Assembly (NCBI GenBank): GCA_964016885.1
Contig: OZ024742.1
Coordinates: 94,364,001 to 94,428,000, forward strand
DNA length: 64,000 nucleotides
Direction of reading: 5' to 3'
Source of the DNA: Eledone cirrhosa
Taxonomy: Eukaryota
Shown: positions 20,900 to 32,501 of the stretch, in pieces
How the letters are laid out: every line of letters starts with the position of its first letter
Position numbering within the stretch: the stretch's first letter is position 1
The notes under the pieces: generated by a model
Databases searched by the model: none
Seen by the model: the letters and a program-made list of their open reading frames with translations, nothing else
Told to the model about the DNA's origin: nothing
Made by a program: the position numbers and the translations under genes

Positions 20900-23226
20900 C
20901 TTCCTAAAAACTAACCTTCTCCTAAAGTTACCCATTTCCCCACACGCCACCATTGCTGTTTGATGGGTGGACTGCGGAATTTGGAAAGTCTAAACACTCA
21001 ATGACAATGTCACAGATAAAGATAAATTCACCTCCCGCCGCCAGGAATAGACGTATTCGACGACAGAAGAGGCCTATCTTGAGGAGAAGATATATGGAAG
21101 TTGAAGGACCCCATAGCCTGTGACAAATTTAAAAGCTTATTACTTGATGCCTTTGACAATAAGGAAGAGCAATTAGAGACGTGCAATATAGAGGGACAGT
21201 GGGAATTCTCGAAGGTGAACCTGCTGAAAGCAACGGATGAAATCTGTGGCTGGAGCATATCTATTGGCAGGAGGAGAATAACTTGGTGGTGGAACAGTAA
21301 GGTGGAGGAGACAATCAAGGCGAAAAAGCAGACTTGGAAAGTATGGCAGAATGGGGGAAGTAAAGAACACTATCAAGTGGCCAGGAGAGAAGCTAGGAGA
21401 CAAGTGTACCTTGCAAAAATGGAAGCAGGGGATAGAAAGTTCAAGCTTGTTCTACAACGTGAGGACCAAAAACGTGATAGGGGAAACTATAGAGGCATTA
21501 AGTTAGTTGACTAGGTCATGAAGGTCACAGAAATAGTTATACCACAGATGCTCTTTTCCTTGTATGACAACTACAGGAGAAGTACCGAGCAAAAAGACCC
21601 GGAGAAAGCCTTTGACAGAGTCCCCACTCCATTATCTGGAGGGCTCTTAGAAAACTAGGTGTAGATGAAAGGCTTGAGAGAGCTATACAAGCGATGTATA
21701 AAGAAACAGTCAGTAAGGTTAGAATTAACAATGAATATTGTGAAGAATTTAGTGTAAAAGTTGGTGTTTATCAAGGCTCTGTCCTTAGCCCCTTCCTATT
21801 TATTAGTGTCCTTCAGGCTATATCAGAGGTGTTCAAGACCGGCTGCCCATAGGACCTCCTATACGCAGATGATCTAACTCTCATAGCTGAATCTATGGCT
21901 GAACTAGAGAAGACATTCCAAACATGGAAGAATGGCCTATATTCAAAAGGCCTTAAAGTTAACTTGTCTAAGTTCTAGTTTGTAGAAAGGAAAATATGGC
22001 ACAGGTGCCCTCAGGGAAATGGCCATGCTCAGTGTGTAGGAAAGGAGTAGGGAGAAACTTCATTTTATGTCCCAAATGTAAACTATGGGTTCATAAAAGA
22101 TGTAGTGGGATCACAGGTAAACTATCTAAGAACGTAGAATTTATATGTGGCCAATGCTCAGGTGCAATAAGCAGCAAGTGCCCACAGGATACTAGCTCCT
22201 TCTATTGCCCACATGGTTCTATAGAAATAGTGGACACTTTCCGTTACCTGGGTGACAAAATCAACAGTGGTGGAGGGTGCTCTGAAAGTACAGTAGCCAG
22301 AGTCAGAATGGGATGGAAACAGTTCAGAGAGCTTATACCGCTGTTGGCCACTAAAGGTTTCCCTCTAAAAATGAAAGGTAGATTGTATGATGCCTGTATA
22401 CAGCAATGCTACATGGCAGTGAGACATAGGCATTGCCTGCGGACGACCTGCGCAGACTGGAGAGGAACGAAGCATGCATGCTCCGTTGGATGTGTAATAG
22501 TAATACACGTGAACGCCAAAGCATAAATGAACTAAGTGAGAAATTAGGAATAAGAGGGATCAGATGCTGTTTACTTGAAAGAAGACTACGTTGGTATGGT
22601 CACGTGATGCGCATGAAAGACGACAGCTGTATAAAAAAGTGCAGGCCGATCAAATTTGATGGTAGTTACGGAGTAGGTAGACCTAGAAAACCTGGAAGGA
22701 TTTGATAAATTCCGACCTTACACACTTGCACCTCTCTAAGACAATGTCACTGGACCGAGATCTTTGTCGCTACTCAGTAATAGAGAAGGCCCGCTTTGCT
22801 TATGTACAACGCGAAACCTACAGTCCGTAGGCACCTCTTATCCAAATATACACCCCAATCCACTACCCCTACCATATCCTCCCACACCCACAATCACCAC
22901 CCTCCCTCTGTAAAGTTGGTTCCACAACATCCAGTCCAAATAAATGAGATAATGAGATCAAGATCGAGATCGTGTAGGTGTCACGACAAAAAAAAAGAAT
23001 ACACACACAGTCCACGCTGTAATGTGGCCGTGTAGGTAACACGGTGCAAAATTCCCAGTTCCACACTATAAATGTGACAGCCAGACGTAGAAAATCTGCC
23101 AGATAGTCCTATATGAGTGAGACACGGTCACCCAACCAACCTTGCCTCAAGTGGGACAACTCCCGTCTAACCCATGTTAGCGTGGAAGATGGACGTTAAA
23201 CGAAGATGATGATGATTATGATGATG
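20900..23226 (+). mobile_element. Internally deleted RTE LINE
   Basis: TWWWN, RGNYRGIKL, YADD region, PHD-like finger, 3'UTR and (GAT)n tail. Deletions and frameshifts relative to the intact copy. Confidence 0.9.
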
Positions 23227-23526
23227 AATTAAAAACAACTTGCAAGTAGAGAAAAGCGGACGTAAAATGATGATGATGATATATATATACATGATATATA
23301 TGTATATCCATATATAAATATAAATTCAGTGAGAATGTCTTTTCGGCGGGTAGAAAAAGCGAAACGAAACGCAAAATCAGAGTTATGCTGGCAAGCGCCC
23401 CATAGTTAAAAAAAACTAGAGCTAAACATATGTTAAAACGCCATACAAACTGAAAAACCACCTAAGCCAAAAAGTCAAGCTAGTCAGGTCAAACAAAATA
23501 AATGATAAATCATATATATATATATA

Positions 23527-24097
23527 TGAAAAAATGGGGAGAAGAATACTGCAGGTTGCACATGGATAACATGTTATAAAATGAGTCCCTCATCAGTGAT
23601 TTGCCAACGATCATAGATATTTCATTGCATTAAAAACCATATACCTCACGTTGGTGCAATAATAACTAAATTAAGTTATTAGGACAATTAAAACGCGTAA
23701 AGCGAGTGAGACAAGTAAACAACAAAGAGAAAAGCTAACCGTAGATAGGAAGAGGCACAAGCTACATAGTTATTCTGTCAGCATAAGCTAGGTGAATATA
23801 TGAGCGCGTAGAAAAATAGACCTTTCGAGATGAATTCAATGTAAGAAAGAAGGAAATTGTTTTCATCGCGAACGAGGTGAAGTGAGAAGGGGAGAAACAG
23901 TGAGTGAGTGAGTGGAAGTTTGAGGAAGAGGTCAGTAGAGAGAAAGTGTTAACTGACATGACAGAGGGGGCGAAAGAAAGTAAGAGAAACAGAGAGAACG
24001 AGGGAGCAGTAAGAGAGAGAGAGAGAAAAACAGAATCGCAGTTTAGGTAAATATATGTGAAAAATGGGGAGAAAAATACTGCAGGTTGCACATGGAT

Positions 24098-24101
<4 letters not shown>
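23527..24101 (-). mobile_element. Non-autonomous ~530 bp tandem-type element carrying the k-turn/hammerhead motif
   Basis: Terminal 45 bp repeated at 23527 and 24058. Embedded in (TA)n. Homologous to 28290-29057 in the opposite orientation. Confidence 0.7.
23578..23654 (-). ncRNA. Candidate rewired hammerhead ribozyme with kink-turn
   Basis: CCAACG-T-GA-GGTAT-A-TGGTTT-ttaatgcaat-GAAA-TATC-TAT-GA-T-CGTTGG-c-AAATCA-CTGATGA-gggactcatt. Confidence 0.65.
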
Positions 24102-24157
<56 letters not shown>

Positions 24158-24831
24158 CACATATATAACCGACCTGGACCCATTGGAATTGATGGTAAAA
24201 TCCAAATGCAGGGTTTCTATGTCACCTAAATCAATAATACTGTCTGCTTAAAACTATAAGCTTTTGGTATAATGATCGAACAAGGAATATCACGTTAACA
24301 ACAGGTATTTTGCTCTGCGCCAACTTTATGAATGACGCAGAGCTTTGTAAAAACACATGCGTAACTCACAAGGGGGAAAACCCCATCTTTTGGCAAATTA
24401 ATTCAGAATGTGTAAATCATGCAAAACATTGCATAATAGCACAAATCGAATAAGCACTCAACCGTGTAGTTTTAAAATAAAATTATGCAATTGATCTGTC
24501 AATAGAATTATTAACAGGTTAATTGTAAGACTCGGGAGATTAATACAAATATAAATTCAGTGAGAATCACATTTCGGCGGGTAGAAAAAGCGAAACGAAA
24601 CGCAAAATCAGAGTTATGCTGGCAAGCGCTCTATAGTTAAAAAAACAGAGCTAAACATATATGTTAAAACGCCATACAAAACTGAAAAAGTGGTCAAGAA
24701 GGCATTAACCACCTAAGCCAAAAAACAAGTCAAGCTAAACAGGTCAAACAAAATAAAGTATAAAATCATATATATATATATATATATGCACACACACACA
24801 CATATATATATATATATAAATATATATATTA

Positions 24832-27800
24832 AAAGTTTTGCGAGGTTTTTTATATGAAATCGTGTGTCGAAACAAATATTATTATACTTGGGGAGTGTCA
24901 TATTGTTGTAATAATATTGCCAGAATTAATAACAGAACACACTCACTGTTTGGTTGGTTTTCGCTTCTGTGTCTTTTATATCAGTTAATTTATTCGGTCC
25001 TCAACGTTTACCATTGACTGATCAACGGTCAAAAATACAGATATAATGTAGACACAAACACATATTTATAGTCTAAAAAAGTTGTTTCGTTGCACATCTG
25101 AAACATCGTCAGTGGTGCTATTATGTTTCCCCCTGTTGTATTGTATGTCTACGCCATCTATATTTAATCTGTTTATTTATTTATTTTTGTTTTCTACTCT
25201 GCGCATGCGTTTGCGTATGTGTGTTCGTGTTTGGGCGACTGTTTTGGTTATTGTATTCTATCTTAGTTTACTAGTGTCTGTTTATATGTGTTTGTTGTTA
25301 TTGTGCTTGTGTATGTATTTTTTTATTTTTTTATTTATTTATATTTCTCTTAGGTCAGTATTGTTTGTTTGGGTGTTGTTGTTATTCCATTCATTTTTTC
25401 TGTTTAGCTTGGCCTTCTAAGTTCTATTTCACTGGCCTCTCTGATTTGCCTATCTGCTGGGTCATTTCTATGTTTAGATATTATTTTAATTTCTATGTTG
25501 TCTATGTTACCGTCGTGTTGTTGTCTGGCGTGTTCGTATAATACTGAACCGTGTTTTCGTCCTTTTAGTTCCCCCCAGTGTTGGTCTATCCGTTCACCTA
25601 TGCTACGAGCTGTCTCGCCTATGTATGTTGTTGTCATGTTTCTGCAAGTAACCTCTGTACATCTTATGTTATAGACTACGTTTCTAGTTTTACAGTTTAT
25701 CCGCGGGTTTACTTTACATATAATACATTTCCTATTAGTACAGTGGGTTTTCTTAAAAGGGTATGTATGGCTGATCAAGGATTTTATGGTGGTTCCTGGC
25801 TTTTCTACTACCTTACGCTTTAAGTGGGTCTTTCTCAGGGCCTTTCTACACTGGTTAGCTAATTTCCTTCCAGGGGTAGCGTCCACGAACATGGCAATCT
25901 GGTATCTCTGCTTGTTGTACCATGAGGTGTCTTTCCCTAACTTATATTTAGCCCTATCTAAGCTATTCCATGATTTGCTCCTGTATAATAGGCAAGTTCC
26001 TTTCATGTCCAGTTCTATGAGGGTCTTATACTTCTCCGTGGCTCCTTCGTATACTCTGATTCTGTCTCTTTGGTTGTAGCCAGAGAACTGCATGCGGTTG
26101 ATGAAGTGTTGGATGTGTCATTCTATTTATTTTGGGTCGCACATGCAGGCCACGTTCTTCGTCACTCGTACCAAGTCTGCTATCAGAATATTAAACTTAG
26201 CACTACTGGACATTACTGAGATTTTGAGTATCAGGTATTTGGAGGCCATGGGTCTAGCGTAGTGTGAGTGGAGAATTTGAGCACTCTCGTCTATAGTGTT
26301 AATCCAGAGTTCCGTGTCTAATACAGGTAGTCTATTGTTAGGGTGTTTGGAAGGGTAGTCGATAGTTACAGTTATACTCTGGTGTATAGAATTAGCTATC
26401 TGCTGGATGCTTTCCATTGTGCTTGGGGAGGGTCATATTGTTGTAATAATATTGCCAGAATTAATGACAGAACACACTCACTGTTTGGTTGGTTTTCGCT
26501 TCCTATCGAGTGCAAAACGGAGCTGGAAAAGTGTTTCACAAAAATACGTTGGAATGCAAAAATAAACAACAACAACTATACGGAGAACAACAACAATAAT
26601 AACGATAATAGTAATATAAACAATAACTCTGAGTATAGAAATAACAGCTATAATAGTAATAGTCATAACAATAACAATAGCAGGAAAGTGAGAAATAGTA
26701 ATCATAATAATAATAGAAACATTAACGACAGACACAACAACAACAACCACAATAGTAATAATGGAAATAATACGAGTAACAACAACAACAACCACCATAA
26801 TAACAATAATAGCAACACACACAACTATGACGATAGATATAATGACAACCCCTTAGAGAAACTATTCTTCAATCCAGCTGACAAAACATATAAGATGGGT
26901 AATATTATCCTACGAGGTTACCCTTTAATAAAAGGGTTTGAATACCACAACAAATAGATGACGGGACAGAGGCACAACTCACCATAGCTAGAAATAAGAT
27001 TAGACAAATAGTAGACCGGTATATAAAAGACAAACCCACTGTACTAATAGGAAATGTATTATATGTAAAGTAAACCCCCGGATAAACATTAAAACTAGAA
27101 ACGTAGTCTATAACATAAGATGTACAGAGGGTACTTGCAGAAACATGACAACATACATAGGCGGGACAGCTCGTAGCATAGGGGAAAGGATAGACCAACA
27201 CTGGGGGAACTAAAAGGACGAAAACACGGTTCAGTACTATACGAACACGCCAGACAACAACACAACGGTAACATAGACAGTATAGAAATTAAAATAATAT
27301 CTAAACATAGAAATGACACAGCAGATAGGCAAATCAGAGAGGCCAGTGAAATAGAACTTAGAAGGCCAAAGCTAAACAGAAAAAATGAATGGAATAACAA
27401 CAACACCCAAAGAAACAATACTGACCTAAGAGAAATATAAATAAATAAATAAATATATACAAAGGCACAATAACAACAAACACATATAAACACACACTAG
27501 TAAACTAAGATAGAATACAATAACGAAAACATCTACCAAACACGAACACACATCAAACACTATACACACACGCAAACGCATGCGCAGAGAAGAAGATAAA
27601 AATAAATAAATAAATGAATTATCAGATTAAATAAAGATGGCGTAGACATACAATACAACAGGGGGAAACATAATAGCACCACTGACGATGTTTCAGATGT
27701 GCAACGAAACAACTTTTTTAGACTATAAATATGTGTTTGTGTCTACATTATATCTGTGTTTTTGACCGTTGATCAGTCAATGGTAAACGTTGAGGACCGA

Positions 27801-27918
27801 ATAAATTAACTGATATAAAAGACACAGAAGCGAAAACCAACCAAACAGTGAGTGTGTTCTGTTATTAATTCTGGCAATATTATTACAACAATATGACACT
27901 CCCCAAGTATAACAATAT
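24832..27918. mobile_element. PLE family B (Neptune-like) inverted composite
   Basis: Minus-strand RT thumb and GIY-YIG (ORFs 26127-26417, 25404-26093: CTNRKCIIC..NVVYNIRC..YIGETARSIGERIDQH). Central pLTR piece plus an Asn-rich, probably N-terminal fragment (26422-27030). Plus-strand GIY-YIG and pLTR (27030-27918). Confidence 0.88.
27675..27730 (+). ncRNA. Hammerhead-like motif in family B pLTR (mirror copy at ~25070-25120, minus strand)
   Basis: CTGACGA-T-GTTTCA gatg TGCAAC-GAAAC. Stems I and III unclear. Confidence 0.45.
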
Positions 27919-28000
27919 ATATATCCATATATATATATACATATCAATATATATATATATGGAGGAGGTTATAGTTCACTTGAAGCATTGTGTAATGAGG

Positions 28001-28236
28001 TATAAACGTTTGAATATGTGTAATAAAGCCAAAACAATGCAGGTATGGACATAGAAAAAAGAATGCAATTGTAAAAGATATTGTTGAGAATTCGTCCTTT
28101 ACCTTGAATTTATTTAAATGTCTTCATTAAATAAATTCAAGGTAAAGGACGAATTCTCAACAATATCTTTTACAATTGCATTCTTTTTTCTATGTCCATA
28201 CCTGCATTGTTTTGGCTTTATTACACATATTCAAAC

Positions 28237-28243
<7 letters not shown>
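28001..28243. repeat. Perfect inverted repeat, 117 bp arms and 9 nt loop
   Basis: 28001-28117 matches the reverse complement of 28127-28243 with no mismatch seen. Confidence 0.93.
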
Positions 28244-28289
<46 letters not shown>

Positions 28290-28293
<4 letters not shown>

Positions 28294-29053
28294 CCTTCTC
28301 TTTCTCCACACAACTCTTTTTATCCCAGTAACTTATTTTAGTTATTGTATCGCCCTAGGCGGAGGTATATTGTCTGTAATGCGAAGAAATACCTATGATT
28401 CCTAGTAGACAACTGATTATGGATATTCCTAACTTCTATTTCTAATTCGTCATTTTTTTATACTTAAGTGCAACAACACAGCTCGCCATTTTTGATTCAT
28501 ATATGCTTCCCCCTTCGTTGTGACCTGTCTTTTTTCTCTTCCTTTGCAGCTATCCTCATTCTCTCACTCCTTCTCCCTCTTACTTTCACTCACCCCCTCT
28601 GCTAGTCACCCTCTCTCGGCTCGCCTCTTCCTCACACTTTCACTCGCTCACTCTCTGCTACTCACCCTCTCTCTCACTTCCCCCATTGTCCCACACTACG
28701 CGGCCTTTCTTCTCGCTCACACCCGTACGGTTAAGATGTGTCTTTGTTCTCCTCGTCAAAATTCGCCTGTTCTTATGTTCGAAATGAATTATTGACTTGA
28801 TTTTTTGATATTTTCCTCTCTTTACGTTGCCTCACCATTCGTGTCTGTTTACCTGCGCTCTTTCTCCAGCCAACTCTTTTTATCCCAATAACTTATTTTA
28901 GTTATTGTATCGCCCTAGGCGGAGGTATATTGTCTGTAATGCGAAGAAATACCTATGATGCCTAGTAGACAACTGATGATGGATATTCCTAACTTCTATT
29001 GCTAATTCTTCATTTTTTATACTTAAGTGCAACAACACAGTTCGCCATTTTTG

Positions 29054-29057
<4 letters not shown>
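28290..29057 (+). mobile_element. Non-autonomous tandem element (560 bp period), retrozyme-like
   Basis: ~187 bp direct repeats at 28311-28498 and 28871-29057, CT-rich spacer, (TA)n on both flanks, structured motif in each repeat. Confidence 0.8.
28915..28990 (+). ncRNA. Candidate rewired hammerhead ribozyme with kink-turn (mutated copy at 28355-28430)
   Basis: CTAGGC-G-GA-GGTAT-A-TTGTCT-gtaatgcgaa-GAAA-TACC-TAT-GA-T-GCCTAG-t-AGACAA-CTGATGA-tggatatt. Confidence 0.65.
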
Positions 29058-29127
<70 letters not shown>

Positions 29128-29173
29128 CATATACTGTACCAATTATGTTGTTATTTCTGTTTACCTTTTACAT

Positions 29174-29235
<62 letters not shown>

Positions 29236-29607
29236 ATATATATGCATACACACACACATTGAATTAGTAAATATATATATATATATATATAGGTTTGTAT
29301 ATATGTACGTATGTATATATATATATATATATACATTCATACATATGTACATTTAATTATTACGTATGTGTGTATATGTGCATGTATGTGTGTATGTATA
29401 TAAATATGTATAGAAGGTTCTGTTTTTAAAACTCATATATAACACACATGCAACAGACACATATATATACTAAAATGCATAGAAATGTTTGAGAAGACTG
29501 ATGTGTATAAGGTGTGAAATACTTATACAAACACTGAATTAGACAACACACACACATGCACATATATATATATAGAGAGAGAGAGGGAGAGTATGAGTGA
29601 GTGAGAT

Positions 29608-29805
29608 TAGGGGCGGTGGATTGGCAGTATCGGTAGAAGGTCGGACGCCATGCTTTGATGCATAGATTTACGGCCCTTGCCATTCTGAGTTCAAATTCCG
29701 CCAAGGTTAACTTTGCTTTTCATCCTTACGGGGTCCATAAAATAAAGTACCAGTAATGCACTGGGTATTTGCTGGCCTTGTGCCAAAAGTAGAAACAATT
29801 ATTAA
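29608..29805 (+). mobile_element. SINE family 1, full-length
   Basis: Head, B box, body and AAACAATTATT tail. Confidence 0.9.
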
Positions 29806-31061
29806 ATAGATTGAATGCCATATGCAGTTGTACTTAGGTTTATTTTTATTTTCATGATACATATTTCTCTAAGGTCTATGGCTAGTTGATTTTCTTCCTA
29901 CACATTCCAATAACCCGAGCTCGTCAGATGGTGAAAAACAAATATTTAAACAATTTCACACAACTTAAAACTTTAAAAGATTTAAAAAAAACTTCTCAAA
30001 AAATTAAAGAAATATCCTTGAACAATTCTTCTGCTTCCTGATATAGGGGATGGCAGAATGTGTCGATGTTTTTATGCCAGCTAAACCTCGAATGGCCCTT
30101 AGTGCTGTGGCAGAAGTGCGGGTCAGTCCCCCATCCCAAGTCATTACCCGTAAATGTTGAAAATAGCACATCATCCTTGTAGGGACAACGTCTGCAAGTA
30201 GCCTGTCTCCCTCTACTCTCTACCAGGAAGTTGTTATTATAGTAATATTGACAACCATCTCCTTCCAACCCAGTAGTCAACTTCGTTTGCCACACCATCA
30301 CACCATTAAAGTTATGAGTGGAGGAGGGGGTTAACTGTGAATGAGGGGTTGGAATATTATAACCCAAAACAAGAAGTAAATATAAAATAAAATAAATTAA
30401 AATCAAATCGATATATTTAAATTAGATAAGACTATATCTTATAACGTAGTTGTTAGATATTTAAGGTTTGACTGAGCTAAAATTCCTGTGTGAGTGCCCT
30501 TCTCCATCACTAGATCCACATCTAACTATAGCACAATGGATTACATCCAATACCCATGGCCCCATCCTAGGAGATTCTTACATTCAATGAGCAGCGGTAG
30601 TAATATTCTCTGCAACTTGCAATATTCAGTAGTGAAACTGATCGAGATATCCAAGCCAACTTGTCTAACCAATGAGAAGCTAATAGGGAGTTCCGTAAAC
30701 AATTAAATAGCGTAGGCTGACCAAAAATAACTGAGAGTAAATATAAGAATGTGACACATGAAAATAAATAATAGATAAACGAAATTAAAATAAATGTAAT
30801 TCAAATATGGTCAGAAAAGTACACTATAATAAGTCAAATGGCATGGTATAATATATAACACTATACGAGGTAAGGAAAATATAGAAAACAAATAGTGGAT
30901 AATGTGATCATACAAGAAGAAAATGAAAATGTACATATAATAAATACAATAAACTAGATGCAAAATATACAGTAACATAGCCTGAGATCTGCTCAAGGGT
31001 AACTAAACATAGATACAAATGTGCTTAAATATATATAGAAAATAAATTGGGAAAATATACA

Positions 31062-31577
31062 GATTAGGCAGACCCAGAAAAACCTGGGACGACTTGATAA
31101 ATTCCGACCTCACACACTTACACCTCTCCAAGACAATGTCACTGGACCGAGATCTTTGGCGCTACACTGTAATACAGAAGACCCGCCTTGCCTAAGTACA
31201 AAGCGAAACCTACAGTCAGTAGGCACCTCTAACAAAAATACACCCCACCCCATCCACCCCACCCCATCCACACCACCCCCTTCAATGTAAAGTTATGTTG
31301 GTGCCACAACATCCAGTCCGAAATAAATGAGGTCGTGTAGGTGTCACGACAAAAAACACACAGTCCACGCTGTAATGTGGTCGTGTAGGTAACACGGTAA
31401 AAACCTCCCAGTCCACACTGTAAACGTGGTTGGTGTTAGGAAGGGCATCCAGCCGTAGAAAACCCGCCAGACAGTCCTATACGAGCAAGAAAACCAATCT
31501 TGCTTCAAGTGGGAAAATTCCCGTTCAAACCCATGCAAGCGTGGAAGATGGATGTTAAACGATTATGATGGTGATGA
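31062..31577 (+). mobile_element. RTE LINE 3' fragment
   Basis: GRPRKTWDDLINSDLTHLHLS, 3'UTR and GAT tail. Confidence 0.9.
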
Positions 31578-31999
31578 GCTAGGTAAAGAAAAGGATAGGA
31601 ATAGAGTTAATATTATTCATGGAGAGACTTCCACTGGTTTGCCAGTTTGTGTGCAGCAGGGGAGAGGGTCACTCCCGAAAGTGTTCTATTCCCTATGGAT
31701 AGACACGGCTAAATTCTGTAAAGTGTTTTTCTTGGTGCAGGGATGTTGTTACTTTCCATGTTCACTAGTCTAGAAGGCTAAGTTTAGTCCTCTGGTCAGC
31801 TTTGGTAGTCAAATTTAAGTGGATGTTTAAGTTCAATCCATTGCAAATCAGATAAAGCTATTGTTTATTTATTGTGTCAGCAAAGAACTCAACTTTAAAG
31901 GAGTATTTAATTACTACAATATATATATAGATATATAAACAAGGTTTTCTCAGAGATTGAGTTGGAGCACAAGTGAATTAGAATTCATAGAATAATGAG

Positions 32000-32450
32000 A
32001 ACTCAAAGCAAGAAAGCTGTTGTAACAAACGGTTTCTGTTGACCACAAAAGGATGACAGTATGACACCTGTATTTGAAGTGTGATGCTGCATGGTAGGGA
32101 GACATGGGCTGTGATAGCAGAGGACATGCGTAGAATGGAGTGATATGAAGCAACCATGTTTCAGCGTATGTGCAATGTAAATGTGATAGAAAACCTGCAC
32201 ATGGATGAGCTGTGTGAGAAACTGGGTTTAAGAGGAATCCAAGATAGTGTGCAGGAGAGAGGACTGTGTTGGCATAGACGTGTTGCACATGGACAATGAT
32301 TTCTGGGTGAAAAATGCCAGCAAATTGCATTGGAAGGAAGCCACAGTAGCGGTAGACCAAGATAGATCTAGGCAGAAATTGTGACAGCAGACCTCAAGTT
32401 AGTGAAACCCTCAGAGATGATGATGAAGGAATGCGATGAATGGAGGAATA
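32000..32450 (+). mobile_element. Old decayed RTE C-terminal fragment
   Basis: Remnants of the LHG.ETWA and ERxLxW motifs. Confidence 0.55.
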
Positions 32451-32501
32451 AGTACATCTGTATAAATACATAACCTCCCCCCATATATATATACATGTAT
32501 A

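Larger units (their letters stand above)
23315..24770. repeat. ~200 bp direct repeat pair (23315-23512 and 24547-24768)
   Basis: AAATATAAATTCAGTGAGAAT..TTCGGCGGGTAGAAAAAGCGAAACGAAACGC..CAGGTCAAACAAAATAAA present in both. Confidence 0.9.

Noticed and set aside
27655-27800. Hairpin-ribozyme-like pieces (A-GUC, GGAAACA, UACAUUA) in the family B pLTR
   Set aside because: The loop opposite AGUC has 3 nt rather than 4, and the loop B-like bases are not conserved in the 59.2 kb copy.
28915-28965. Resemblance to the SAM-I riboswitch P2 arm (GGCGGAGG...CCTATGATGCC) or a box C/D snoRNA
   Set aside because: Only the k-turn is shared. No SAM-I P1/P3 core and no proper C...D box order with guide. The hammerhead core explains the remaining conserved bases better.
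29996-30706. ORFs of 136 and 70 aa in a non-repetitive-looking stretch
   Set aside because: No recognisable motif. Probably an unclassified decayed repeat.
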